Shown: one piece after another, positions 41,082 to 54,597 of the stretch | Numbering within the stretch: the first letter of the stretch is position 1 | Layout: every line of letters begins with the position of its first letter | Assembly (NCBI RefSeq): GCF_006345805.1 | Contig: NC_043001.1 | Span: 35,836,001-35,900,000, forward strand | Length of the DNA: 64,000 nucleotides | Direction: 5' to 3' | Source: Octopus sinensis | Lineage: Eukaryota | The notes under the pieces: model-generated | Seen by the model: the letters and a program-made list of their open reading frames with translations, nothing else | Database searches by the model: none | What the model was told of the DNA's origin: nothing | Program-made: the position numbers and the translations under genes

Positions 41082-41814
41082 GAATGAATACCATTTATAA
41101 TAACTTCCAGTTTTTAAACTGCAAGATGAGGTTTCAAGAAGGATCAGCTGCTTTTTATAGTAGATAGAGCTATCACAAAGAGCTTGATGTTCGTGCAAAG
41201 AAATCGTATGATGGTAGACTAGATATTGTGCTTATTTGGTTTTTGCTCCTTCACTTTTGAGTCAACGGGAATTATTCTGTCCTATTGCTTGTTTGCATCT
41301 CCGGACAACAGCCAGAAAATCAGTTTGGGTTTATTGTTACAAAACATAACCTCACCATTTGGAATGAACTTTCCTTCAAAAATCAATTAAATGTTCTTGA
41401 ATTGTTACTCGATTCTATGTTTCACTTAATTTTTCTCGTGTAGCAATGCAAACGTTGTGACTTTGAAAATCGGAACTTGGATACCAATTAACTAGCTATA
41501 AATACAAATACTACCCGAAGAGTGAACTGGCGACATTAGAAATACATCGAAAAGTACATCTTCAAATAATAGAAAAATAAAACAGAAACGATTCTATAGA
41601 ATACTTAACTTCAAGTAGCTTTCAATATTCACGTTATATTTGAAAAGATTCATTAGAGATGATGAGATGCACAATACAATACAGAATACTAAACTTTAAA
41701 TATATTAGAGACTTCGCTCAGAATTTTATGTTGAAGCAATGAATAATTACTCTATTTATTCCCTGAAGAAGGAAAGGACATGAAATGCTGGACTTCATAG
41801 ACAAACGTCAGTAT

Positions 41815-42172
41815 AATAGCAGTTTGTTTCCCAACCGCATGGTTCCGGGTTCAGACCTACTAGATGGCAACTAGGACAAGTGTCTTCTACTATAGCCCAG
41901 GGCCAACCAAGGGTTTGTAAGTGCATTTAGTAGACACAAACTGGAAGGAGTCCGTTGTATATAAACCTGTGTGCGCGTGTTTGTGTATGTGCCCCATCAC
42001 TGCCTATTGGTTTGCTTATGGACCCGTATCCTAGCAGCTTACTATAAGGGACCAATAGGATAAGTACTAGGTTTTTAAAACATTAAGTACTGGAGTCGAT
42101 TCGTTCAACTAAAACTCTTCAAGGCGGTGCCCCAGCATGGCCGCAATCCAATGACGGAAACAAGTAAAATAT
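41815..42172 (+). mobile_element. SINE family B, diverged
   Basis: catggttccgggttcag..caagtgtcttctactatagccc..aaggcggtgccccagcatggccgca. Confidence 0.8.
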
Positions 42173-42297
42173 GATATAGTTTTATCACTATATATCATTA
42201 TGTACATCTGATTCTCACTTTTACAAAAGCATACATGAAGGTGTGTGAGTGTGAGAGAGAGAGAGAGTGAGAGAGAGAGAGACAGAGAGAGAGAGAA

Positions 42298-42348
<51 letters not shown>

Positions 42349-42834
42349 ATGTGTGTGTGTGTGCGCGCGGTGCTATGTGTAGGTGTAGTGATAATGTTTG
42401 GTAAGCAGTTCAGATTCTTTAATGTTGCAATCAAAGTGTCATTACTGATGAAATTTTCCCGCAACAGTAGAGGACGATAACATGTATCAAATATTTTCAG
42501 AAAATACGATGAAGAGATATAATAATATCTACATAAGAATGAGATAGAAAGTGGGGAAAGAGAAAAAGGAAAGATATAAATTTCCTTAACTGGAAACATG
42601 TCTTAACACACATGCATTTATAAGCTTTATAATCTCTTGAATCTCATCTTACAATTTTATTGCACATCTGAAGAAAAGAAGCATATAATGGTTATACGCT
42701 TTGCCTGGAGTTGTAGGTCCGTATAATTGTTTGCGTATATGTTGTAGATCGACTTGTGTGAAAAATAGTTTACACACACACATGCGCACGTACGCAAACA
42801 CATGCATGCACACACCACACATTTGAGTGAGTGA

Positions 42835-42884
<50 letters not shown>

Positions 42885-43007
42885 GTGGGTGTTATTTATG
42901 TGTGATTTGACACATGCTCTTATATTCTTTATATATGCCTCTCTTTCTTGCTCCAGTTTTTTCCTTTTCGTGCGTGTATGTGTATGTATGTATGCATGCA
43001 TATATAT

Positions 43008-43106
<99 letters not shown>

Positions 43107-43234
43107 TAGATACACATATATATAGATCACACACACATATATATATCACACACACATATATATATATGTGTGTGTGTGTGTTATGTGTGTTATGTGTGTT
43201 ATGTATATGTGTGTGTGATATATATATGTGTGTA

Positions 43235-43299
<65 letters not shown>

Positions 43300-43525
43300 C
43301 GCATATATATCTGCGGCTGTGTGTAAAATACTTCAAAATTCAGAATACCTGACACATGTATGCTGCAGATCATGTTCAATTTATTTATTTGTAAGTCTTA
43401 GCTGAGAAAATTATAGTTGAAATGACAAACATGCACTTGCTCTGTTAAGCAAGCGGAAAAATAATTCGGAAATCATTACCTACAGAACTGGCAATATTAA
43501 TCGATATACATGCATATATATATGC

Positions 43526-43557
<32 letters not shown>

Positions 43558-44269
43558 GTGTCTTTTCTATTATTTAATTATTAAAAATGTTCCACTGAGG
43601 AGGTTTCCAACAAAGATACAAGGTTTCGTCTTTGGGATGTCGTTAACACAGACAAATTCACATTTTGAACTTGAGAATGTCTTGCATATTTTTAGTGTTC
43701 CACTCACACATTGCACTTGCAATGTACGAATTAGCCGGTCGATTTCACTTTCTGAAAATCCCAGTTTATTCAGATTCTTCTTTTAAGCATTTTCTAACAA
43801 AAACTAGTGCCCCAATTGTTATTGGTATGAATATGAATTCATAGTCTGAATATAGAAGCTGGAAGTTCCTAAGCAGTTGCCCATGCATGCATGCATGCAT
43901 GTGTGTATGTATGTGTGTGTGTATGTATGTGTGTATGTATGTGTGTATGTATGTATCATTTCAGCATGCGGCAATCGCCTATTTGAGTTTCGCTTGATCA
44001 TTTCTCTCTCCCCATATTTTCTTTCTGTTGAAGAGTGCAGGCTGCAAGCGTTAAAGATTTCTTCCAATCTCCATATTATTTTTTTACCTCGTCTTCGTGA
44101 TATTTATTTCCGTATCATAAACACATACACACACGCTCACGCACACATAAACACACACACAACATATATATATATATATACATACACACACATTTCTATA
44201 ATATATATAAATCGATTTGTATGCATGCACAAATGTATACACATACACATATTTCTATAATATATATAG

Positions 44270-44319
<50 letters not shown>

Positions 44320-44362
44320 TATATATACATATATATATACATATATATACATATACATATAC

Positions 44363-44393
<31 letters not shown>

Positions 44394-45036
44394 ACATATA
44401 TATACATATACATATATTAACAACCTAAACCACTACAATATAAGACTGTCATTTTTGCTTCTCATTCGGACTCCCTGATATTTTCGCATGATTGTACCCT
44501 AAATCTCTCCACAAAACTGGATTACGAACTATAAGGACATACACAAACTTTGTAAGTTCAAGACTTTTTCATCGGATCTCCAAAAAATCGAACTTATCTG
44601 CGATTCTTGTAAATTTCAATAACATCTGTTCCTCTACACGATATGACAGTCACTATGTTTTTACTCAGACTTTCCTCTACATGATGTGGCAGTCACTTTG
44701 CCTCTTACTCGGATTTTCAGAAATTTTGCATGACTGTATCCGAAAATTTCTTCATACAACTTGATCAAATATTCAATATGAGCTATATGTAGACATGCAT
44801 AAATTCTAGTATGGTTTAAAACCTTCATCGGATCTCCATGAATCGAACTTTCTTCAATGCAGTTAATCTTACAACCTCTTTTGTATCTACCCCTTTTGAT
44901 GTTGGGAATTCTCTGATATTTTTTCGGCTGACGAGTACGAGCCATCTGTATTCACTGCATTTTTTGTAGCTTATTAAAGATGTCCTCGTACGAAACGATC
45001 GTACCGAGATTTTAATCCATTCTTGTTGCTTTTTTC

Positions 45037-45086
<50 letters not shown>

Positions 45087-45647
45087 ATACACATTTCTAT
45101 AGCGTACAGAAGTCGATATGCATGCATGCATAAATGTATGTTTTTATACACATACACACACACGAGCGGAAACGCATACAGAGGCAGACCGATTTATATA
45201 TTTTGCATAAATTATGATGCATTCCTAACTGGCACGTGTAAGTATGGAAAACTGTATATAGAGCATTCTTTGTTCTCTCGTGAATTAATTAGTTTATACA
45301 TTCATTACTATAAGAATTAAGCACTTTAGAAGTTAATTAGGCTAAATAAGTTTCTTAAACAAAGATGTCTTCAAAACGACCTCATTTAACGACTGACTCG
45401 TTTTCTCTTTGCGAGGGTCACATAAAGACTGCAAGCTAGATATTGTTAACATGGCAAGCTGTGTTAGAAGTTAGTCTACCGTATGACTTGCATGGAATAC
45501 TTTTGTTTTCAACTCCGTTTCGCTTTGTAACTCTGAACCGGTGAAACACTTCATGGATCACTTTTGAATAAGATTTTCCTCAGTTTTGTATGAAATAAGA
45601 TATTTTCTTGAGTAGTAAGTATGAGTGCGTGTTTGTACGCGCGCGCG

Positions 45648-45678
<31 letters not shown>

Positions 45679-45901
45679 CCTTTAAAATGTTTTAGCCCGA
45701 AGGCCGCGGTTCATCTAGTTTTCAGCTCACGAGCTGTGGCCATGCTGGAGCACCGCCATTTAAGAAATATGGTACGCTTCACGAATTTACGTATCGCCCT
45801 TGCGCAGGGGGCCATTTTCTTCTCTCTATCGTTCCAATTTTAGAATATGTACCGCCGTAGCTAGTACATATAAATATATATATATATAATATATATATTA
45901 T

Positions 45902-46089
45902 ATAGGGAATCTTACGAAAAAAAACAAAAGAGGAAGACAGTCGGTGTACAAAACAAACAGATGTATTAGTATAACGCTCAGAAATAGAAAAAGTCTTTTA
46001 CGTTTCGAGCCTACGCTCTTCTACAGAAAGGTACACAGAAAAAAACAAGGAGAGAATCAAGGAGAGAAAAAAGGAGAGAAACAATGAGA

Positions 46090-46090
<1 letters not shown>
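45902..46090 (-). mobile_element. (TA)n-embedded repeat with variant hammerhead-like motif
   Basis: Minus strand 45995-46030 reads CUUU CUGUAGA A GAGC-GUAG-GCUC GAAA CG UA AAAG. Confidence 0.6.
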
Positions 46091-46162
<72 letters not shown>

Positions 46163-46187
46163 TTGAGCACACACACACACATATATA

Positions 46188-46218
<31 letters not shown>

Positions 46219-47143
46219 GGGGGGGGAGAAAGGAAGGATGATAAATAGATAGGTGTGTATATATACATAAGTACATGCATGATATGTACGTATGTGTGTG
46301 TGTCTGAGAATCTTTATGTATGTATATACCTAGTGTTAATAGCTTTCGTCTTTTTTTACTAAAGTATTACAGGAATATGCATCAGAAAATTTGTTGTTTT
46401 ACATATATTACTCTCAATACTCCAGCCTATTTCCCATCACAATTATCTATAATAAGACATCATTATCACATACATCCCACCATTAGACTTCCTACAAATC
46501 TAAGAGAATAATAAAGCATCACAGAATTATATGGAAAAGGAAATTAATAAAAATGCATTATGAATTTATATATAATGATATTCGGCAGCTTGTATCGAAA
46601 ATAAATCTTTACTTAATAGAAGTTTTTTGACGGTAATTTGTAATGTGTATAATTGACTTCCTTAGTTTACAGTGACTGTTCTTTAGTTTTTTGTTGTTTT
46701 TTTGGTTTTGGGGTTTTTTTTATAGCTACTTTTGTCACTACTGTTACTACTGATATTGTAATTACCATTTTTGCTGTTGTTGTTGTTGCTGAGTAGAAGT
46801 ATGAACAAACGCATTGTAGTCTTGACCACCACGTTTTGGTCGAGTGTACATAAAAGACTACATTATCCAAGGTGTTCTGTTATTACTTTAAGATGGTAAA
46901 ATGTGATGTGATGTAAGTAAAGAGATTTGGTTGCTATTTCTAGCAGTTTGAGCGACTAGCGTCGAGGCTCCTTCGTTGATGTCGCCATTGCTGTTTTTTA
47001 GTTAGGCATGATGGGTGCAAGTGGAGGGTTTTTAACGGATGAAGAAAGTAACGGCAACGCTGATGTTGTTGGAGGCGAAGCTGTTTCTCAAGAGCTGGAT
47101 GTTGTTGGAAACCATTTCTTAGAATATTTGTTAGCAGTTACAG

Positions 47144-47157
47144 GTAACCATGGCAAC
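47144..47157. promoter_or_regulatory. Consensus RFX X-box (GTAACC AT GGCAAC)
   Basis: Exact fit to GTNRCC-N(0-3)-RGYAAC, in non-transposon sequence. Function not shown. Confidence 0.35.
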
Positions 47158-47208
47158 GAAGATAAGTATCCCTCTCCTCGCTTTATTGCAATTAGTGGAC
47201 CCGATAGC

Positions 47209-47279
47209 AGTAGCAGTAGAGGCGGCGGTGTTGGTGATAGTAATAGTAGTAGTAGCAGCAGTTTTAGTAGTAGTAGTTT

Positions 47280-47316
<37 letters not shown>

Positions 47317-47340
47317 TATTGTTGTAGTAGTAGTAGTATT
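47209..47340. repeat. (AGT)n/(AGC)n trinucleotide tract
   Basis: Direct reading. Confidence 0.9.
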
Positions 47341-48384
47341 GGAGATGTTCCATTTAGTCATGATAATATTGCATCCCTTGTTGTTGGTCATATTGTAGCT
47401 TATGTGTTACTACTGCATGTTGTTACAATCCTGATCGATGATGATGTTGCAGCAATTGTTCTTAATGGAATGGTGAAGTTATACAGCTGGCGTTGATGCT
47501 GCTTTCTTCTGTTAGTAATTGGAAGTCATTCTTGGTTTCTTTTTTTTTTTTTTTTACAATTTCTATGTTTCTGGTACCGGTGTTTACATATTTTCCTTAC
47601 ATAACGCTACGCTCCAATTTTAAAGCAAAGTAGATAACGACAAGAATATCTGATAGATAAATTTATAAATAAGATATACTGAACAGCTATAATTACTGAA
47701 AAATGCTATAAAATGATTCCTTTGGCTTCGATAGAATATAATCAGGAAAAAGAAAAAAAAAAAAAAAGAAATTCAGACTGAGAACATTTTTCCTATTCCC
47801 ATAGCAACTCAAAAATTACGAAAGAAAAATGTTTAGAATATAGCAATTCTTATTGGCTTCTCTGAATGTTATACATTTCCGTCATGATATATAAATATTG
47901 TGTATGTAAGTATATATGTTAAGCAAGTGTGCTTATGGATAATTGTGTGTTATGAGAGTGTGTTAAGAATTTATGCGTACGTATTTTAGTATGTGAGTGA
48001 AGAATGAACATATATTCCAAAGATGCATATATGAAATATTGTAATTGTCAAAGGGGAAGACTATTGTCTGCAATTATTTAATAACTACTTATGCAGCTTC
48101 TACACTGAAAATCCCTTGCAGCAAAAATAATGTGATAAGGTGCATGAAATAATTGCTAATGCTTGTACAAATTCCTATTATATACGTTAAACGCGTTCAT
48201 TTAGTGTATGTGCTTAATGCATTGCGTATTGCCACGACTAATTAAAATTATCGTGTTTACCACATTAAATGAATTATCACTTAGTTCACTATTTATAACA
48301 ATTGCAGGTCAGCCATATTAGAAGAGGTGAAAGCTACTGCGAGATTCCCAAAGTAAACTCTTTACTTCAATTCCCCGATTTTGT

Positions 48385-48515
48385 AGCTTTTTTTACTCTT
48401 TTTACTCTTTCACTTGTTTCAGTCATTTGAGTGTGGTCATGCTGGAGCACTGCATTTAGTCGAGCAAATCGACCCCAGGACTTAATCTTTGTAAGCCAAG
48501 TACTTATTCTATCGG
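48385..48515 (-). mobile_element. SINE family B 3' half, truncated by the assembly gap
   Basis: (tactcttt)n tail and catgctggagcac; runs into the N-run. Confidence 0.8.
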
Positions 48516-48615
48516 NNNNNNNNNNNNNNNNNNNNNNNNNNNNNNNNNNNNNNNNNNNNNNNNNNNNNNNNNNNNNNNNNNNNNNNNNNNNNNNNNNNNN
48601 NNNNNNNNNNNNNNN
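48516..48615. other. Assembly gap (100 N)
   Basis: Run of exactly 100 n, likely a placeholder of unknown true size. Confidence 0.99.
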
Positions 48616-48774
48616 CATTTTTTTTTTCCTCCCAAGATATGTTGCTTAGACCATTCTATTAATATTTATGTATGTTATTCTTATTATTTTTGTTGATATA
48701 ATGAAATATGCAATTTTTATTTAAATGACAACATGCTGTATTTGTAAGCATTGCTATTTTGTGTTGTATATATG

Positions 48775-48779
<5 letters not shown>

Positions 48780-48812
<33 letters not shown>

Positions 48813-48843
48813 GTGTGTGTGTGTTGGGTGTGTGTGTGTGTGT

Positions 48844-48877
<34 letters not shown>

Positions 48878-49103
48878 GTGTGTGCGTGTGTGTAGTATAT
48901 ATATATATATATATATAAATAAAATATGCATGTGTATATATGTATATTCATACCTGCATGCTGATATATATATATATGTGGGTGTGTGTGTGTGTGTGTG
49001 TGTTGTGTGTGTGTGTGCGTGTGTGTGTGTGGTGTGTATGATATATATATGATATATATAAATAAAATATGCATGTGTAATATATGTATATCATACCTAC
49101 ATG

Positions 49104-49152
<49 letters not shown>

Positions 49153-49289
49153 GGTGTGTGTGTGTGTGTGTGTGCGTGTGTGCGTGTGTGTGTGTATGTA
49201 TATATATATATATATAAATAAAATATGCATGTGTATATATGTATATTCATACCTACATGCTGATATATATATATATATATATATAGTGG

Positions 49290-49329
<40 letters not shown>

Positions 49330-49417
49330 GTGTGTATGTATATATATATATATATATATATAAATAAAATATGCATGTTGTATAGGATGTATTCATACCT
49401 ACATGCTGATATATATA

Positions 49418-49457
<40 letters not shown>

Positions 49458-49558
49458 TGGTGGTGTGTGGTGTGTTTGTGCGTGTGTGTATGTTATATAT
49501 ATATATATATATATTAAATAAAATATGCATGTGTATATATGTAATTCATACCTACATG

Positions 49559-49620
<62 letters not shown>

Positions 49621-49640
49621 GTATGTGTGTTTGTTTGTGT
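48780..49640. repeat. Compound minisatellite: five units of about 150 bp, each a conserved core plus (TA)n plus (GT)n
   Basis: Core aataaaatatgcatgtgtatatatgtatattcatacctacatgctgata at about 48917, 49060, 49216, 49362 and 49516. Confidence 0.9.
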
Positions 49641-50452
49641 GGTGTGTGTTGTGTGTGTATCTCTATGAACACATTTATGTGCATACAATATTTCAACGTA
49701 TACATTTACTTACAAACGTATATATGCAAATGCATATGTGTACATATTGAAATATAAAATATTATATGGACGTTATACATATACAAATACACAAACACTC
49801 ACACCCGCGCACACACACACACACACACACGCACACACCCAAGCACACGCACACACATTCTCATCTGATGTAAGCATCTACATGTGCGTTTGCTTATGTG
49901 AGAACGCAGTAATGGTACGAAGAACATGTTGTAAAAAAAATTCAGTGAAAAGCATTAGCAATGTTTAATTTAGAATAGTCAAACTTTGGTGGTGTGACGG
50001 ATTTCTTTTCTTTCTACTAAAATATTTGATTAACTGTTATTATTTTGTTTTAATATTCAATTTATTTTGCTTTAATGTACAATTTCGTTCTTGCGTGTAG
50101 AGAGAGCTTTGAGAAATATTTAAGCATTTTTATTTTCATCAGTTTCATTCTTTCAAACGATCACGTCTTACAGTTTAACATTAGAATACAAGATTGAAAA
50201 TGCTAGGAAATCTGTTGTCTAAGAACGTTATGCAATCTTTAAAAAGATAAAATAATGATCAGATCTCAAGAGAAAACAAATACAAATGAAATAAAGTAAA
50301 GTATGGAGCTGCACGTTTCTATAGAACAAATGGTATATAACCCATATCAATGAAACCATGGGTGTGTTTAATATAATATACATTTATAAATGTTTCTCTT
50401 GTCTGTATATGTGTGTGTGTGCGCGCGTATTTGTGCGTATACATACACGTAT

Positions 50453-50523
<71 letters not shown>

Positions 50524-50525
<2 letters not shown>

Positions 50526-50740
50526 ATCCAAACATGAAAACACAAAGAGAAAACACAATAATGCGAGGACGTGGAACAAGTATAGTGTTATTGGACGCTC
50601 AGGAAAGGAAAGAAAGAAAGAGGAGGATTTAACGTTTCGAGCGGAGCTCTTCGTCAGAAACATAGGAACAGGAAATATCCAAGGAAGGGAAGACGGAGAA
50701 AGAAAATCGCCAACGATGCACACGCGGTCGCATACTGAAT
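50524..50740 (-). mobile_element. (TA)n-adjacent repeat with minimal hammerhead-like motif
   Basis: Minus strand 50627-50661 reads GUUU CUGACGA A GAGC-UCC-GCUC GAAA CG UU AAAU. Same family as 1168-1336. Confidence 0.65.
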
Positions 50741-50934
50741 GACCAGAAGGGAATGGGTGAAGAAAAAGTACTTTCAAAGACAGGAGAGTGCAAGAGAAGG
50801 AGGTCTGTGTATGTATGTGTGGGTATGTGCGTGCGCGCAGATCTGTGTGTGTGTGGTTGTGTATGTGTGTGTGCGTAATGATAGCACGTGTGTCTGTAAG
50901 TGCATACATATAAATATGCAATATATACGCTCAG

Positions 50935-51080
50935 TCGTGAGTGTATGGTAAGAAGTTTACTTCCCAACAATATGGTTCTGGGTTCAGTCCCCCTGTGCTG
51001 CACCTTGGCCGAGTGTCTCCCACTAAAGGCTCGGGCCAATCAAAGCATTTTGAGTGGATTTGGTATTCTTTTACTTGGTT
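50935..51080 (+). mobile_element. SINE family B 5' half
   Basis: tggttctgggttcagtcccc..caccttggccgagtgtc..gagtggatttggta. Confidence 0.75.
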
Positions 51081-51135
51081 CACCGTCTTCTGCGTGTGTG
51101 TGTGTGTGTCTATACATATACGTATACATAGATTT

Positions 51136-51178
<43 letters not shown>

Positions 51179-53081
51179 CTTACTATATATCAGTTAACAA
51201 TGGTTCTTTACAGAATATCTTAAAAGTGTAGTCCAAACTGATAATTGGACATATACTGATGTAATACAACAGTGTTGGCGTTGCTGTTGTTTCCAACAGG
51301 TCGAGTAGCTAATTGTTGGTTCTTATATCTCCTAATTAGCTTAACTGTAAAAACGATAATATCCATCAATCTTACTCTTATTCTACCTGCGCACATCAAG
51401 GACGCGAGCTAATTATCAGCTGCATGTTTATGATCCAAAGGGTTTTAAATACTCATTCATCTTCTTTCAAACTAACTACATTTCTAAATGCAAGAACCAT
51501 GCTTATTTACGGGTAAGACATCATACAATTAATCTAAATTAACATCTACTCGTTACTTAATTTTTACGCTAGTTCATGTTCTGTGTACGTTCCTTTTATT
51601 CTACAATCTTTAGGGTCAACCCGTAACCATCAAGATGTACAGCAACAGATACCAACCAGCCAGCCAATTTCGTTTTCTCGTCTTACTTTTAGGTTTTTGT
51701 TGTTTTTTTTTTTTTTTTTGCTTTTTAATTATTCTAATCTATTTATACTTTTGCAATCCAATGGATTACCATGTGTCAAGAAAACACTATGAGGATCTAT
51801 AAAGCACTAAGAAGATTAATAAAACGAAATCTGTTCATTCTCTCTTTCTCTTTCTCAGTCTCTCTCTCTTTCTCTCTCTCTCTCTATATATATATATATC
51901 TATCTATCTATCTATCTACCTATCTATCTATCTTATTCCGACTTCGAAGCAAAACAACGAAATAAGAGTTGTTTAGTCTCAAGCATATATTTCGGCACCA
52001 TAAAGAATACATACGTTATGGTAAATATAAGAAATTTAGAGAGGAGGCAAGAGAAGTATACAGTGGCAGTGAGGAGAGAAAGAAGGACATACAGACAGAA
52101 AGAAATACAATGTAAAAAAAAAACAAAACAAAAAAAATAATAATGAAGCAGTGTAAAAAAAAATTTTCTTTTGTGATTTCATTGTTTATTTTGAGTTTCA
52201 AATTGTTTTAACATTAGACTATTTCTGCAGGCCTAGTAACTACACACTTCTCAGCTGTGATAGATTTATTTAGTTATCACAAAAGCCTGAAAATGATTGC
52301 AGCAATTCTCTGCATAGTTGGTGACAAGCAGAGTCACAAATACGAGTTAAAAACGACGCTTTAATATTGCTCGCGGCTCTATGCCATGAACAGTTTGTAA
52401 GCCAACAACAAAGTTTTAAAAAAATGAAAGAGAAAACGTAATTATAGCAACGCGTAGTGTGTCAGACTTTGACACCATACTTATTTAAAATTCATTGAAC
52501 GAAAAACAATATAAACTGTTTTCTATGTAGGTCAATGAGTGCAAAAGATACGCTGGATAGTATAACGCGAAAGAAATTTTCATTTTGCTAATAGTAATGA
52601 TAGTAATGATAGTTGGTATTTCTAGAATTTACTGTAACAATATCAGAAACAACGAAAACACACAGAAACTGGAACTACTATACATTACTAAATATCCTGG
52701 AAATGTGCTATCAGCGATAGCAATAAAAGCAGGCGTTGTTTTGTTTAAAAGATGGAATAACGAACTACGGAGGATTCGAAAGGAGAGCAACAAAAATAAC
52801 AATAGAAAGAAATGATGACATTTAGAGTTAAAAGGTTGAGATATGGGAGGTTGTGCCATACATTTTTCTCTGGGAAGTTTTCGAAATGTTATAACTGTGA
52901 ATAGGAAGGAATCGATATTCGCTTCACCAAGACAGCTACCACACACCCACACACCTCTGACAAACATATGAAATCTTAATGCAGTTGTTATTAAGTCTCG
53001 TTCCACAGTAGGAAATAATTCTCGTTATTTCTCATTTCTTAACGGTGCTAAGGAACAGATTGCTATTGCTATTACTATTGC

Positions 53082-53420
53082 GGTGAGCTGGCAGAATCGT
53101 TACGGTAGGCCGCCGGGCGAGATACATAGCGGTATTTCGTCTGCCGCTACGTTCTGAGTTCAAATTCCGTCGAGGTCGACTATACCTTTCATCCTTTCGG
53201 GGTCGATTAAACAAGTACCAATTACGCACTGGGGTCCATATAACCCACTCCACCAAGCTGTCCTTGTGGCAAAAAAACGGAAATCATTATTATCATTATT
53301 ATTATTATTATTATGATTATGATTATTATTATTATTTAAGGCGACGAGCTGGCAGAACCGTTAGCACGCGGCCGAAATGCTTAGCGGTATTTTGTCTGCC
53401 GCTACGTTCAGAGTTTAAAT
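53082..53420 (+). mobile_element. Two SINE family A copies separated by (ATT)n
   Basis: Heads at about 53082 and 53338 (gcgagctggcagaa). Confidence 0.8.
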
Positions 53421-53577
53421 ATACTTTTCTTTATATATATATATATTTGAGTAGTTGAATGAATTATCTTGTTATGGATAATTCGGTTAACCGATACCTG
53501 GGTAGCAAATTCACATCAGAGAAGACACGTTTGAAGTTACGTGCTTTCGTGTGGAAATTTGTAAGTTTTTTTTTTAA

Positions 53578-53681
53578 ATATAAATATATGAAAGAATGGA
53601 GTTGAACGACGAATTAACAAAATTCCTTTATCGAAAATAAAGGAATTTTGTTAATTCGTCGTTCAACTCCATTCTTTCATA

Positions 53682-53690
<9 letters not shown>
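53578..53690. repeat. Perfect 54-bp inverted repeat with 5-nt loop
   Basis: 53578-53631 is the exact reverse complement of 53637-53690; loop cgaaa. Confidence 0.97.
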
Positions 53691-53746
<56 letters not shown>

Positions 53747-54255
53747 TATATAAAGAAAAGTATATTTGTATATGTCATATAGATAGTATATAGAGATAGA
53801 GTCATGTGCCATATTTTATATAGATACAGACGTTTTCAATTGCTTCCATGTTTTCAATATTGTTTTCTCGAAAAAGGTAAGGAATAAACTAATACTGTTT
53901 TATAAATTTCAAACATTTGGAACGGAAATTAAAAGGACGCATATAATGAAATAATAATTTAATGGGGGTTAACGTTGTTCCTATGTTATATCTGTGTTCT
54001 CCTCCTGTCATCGTTGTCTAACTGTTATTGACATTGGAACAAATGGTTTTGGAGAGTGATGCTGAATTTAAACATGCAGCGTGCGTTCTCTATCAAACTG
54101 CATTAGAGGAAATGCATCTTAAATCTTGTCTAATTCTTTAATGGATTAGATATAGTGTAATCTGAAAATTCAAGTACAGCACCATCGCGAGACAGGCTTA
54201 AATATATATGGGGAGATATGTGGTAGTGCATATACACGTAAATTAGTGTGTGTAC

Positions 54256-54434
54256 CTAAATATATATATGCATATATGTGTTTATATATATGTGTGTGTT
54301 AGTATATACATATATATATAAGCATATATTTGTGGGTGTGTATATATATATGCGTGTGTATGTAGGTGAGTATCTACATATATATATATACATATATATA
54401 TACATATATGTGTGTGTGTATATATATGTATGTA

Positions 54435-54483
<49 letters not shown>

Positions 54484-54564
54484 GTATGTATGTATATATA
54501 TGTATATATGTATATATATATATGTATGTATATATATATATATATTATATATATATATATTATG

Positions 54565-54597
<33 letters not shown>

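Noticed and set aside
41425-41460. Minus-strand CIAT peptide as a possible Ig1 exon
   Set aside because: A stop follows within 8 codons, with no upstream Ig Trp/Cys pattern and no suitable donor.
47008-47496. 162-aa Ser-rich plus-strand ORF
   Set aside because: Openness is explained by (AGT)n and (GTT/GAT)n low complexity. No recognisable domain or splice context.
48780-49640. CRISPR-like repeat-spacer appearance (also 61279-61912)
   Set aside because: The intervening sequence is microsatellite or homologous rather than unique spacers, there are no cas genes, and the context is eukaryotic.
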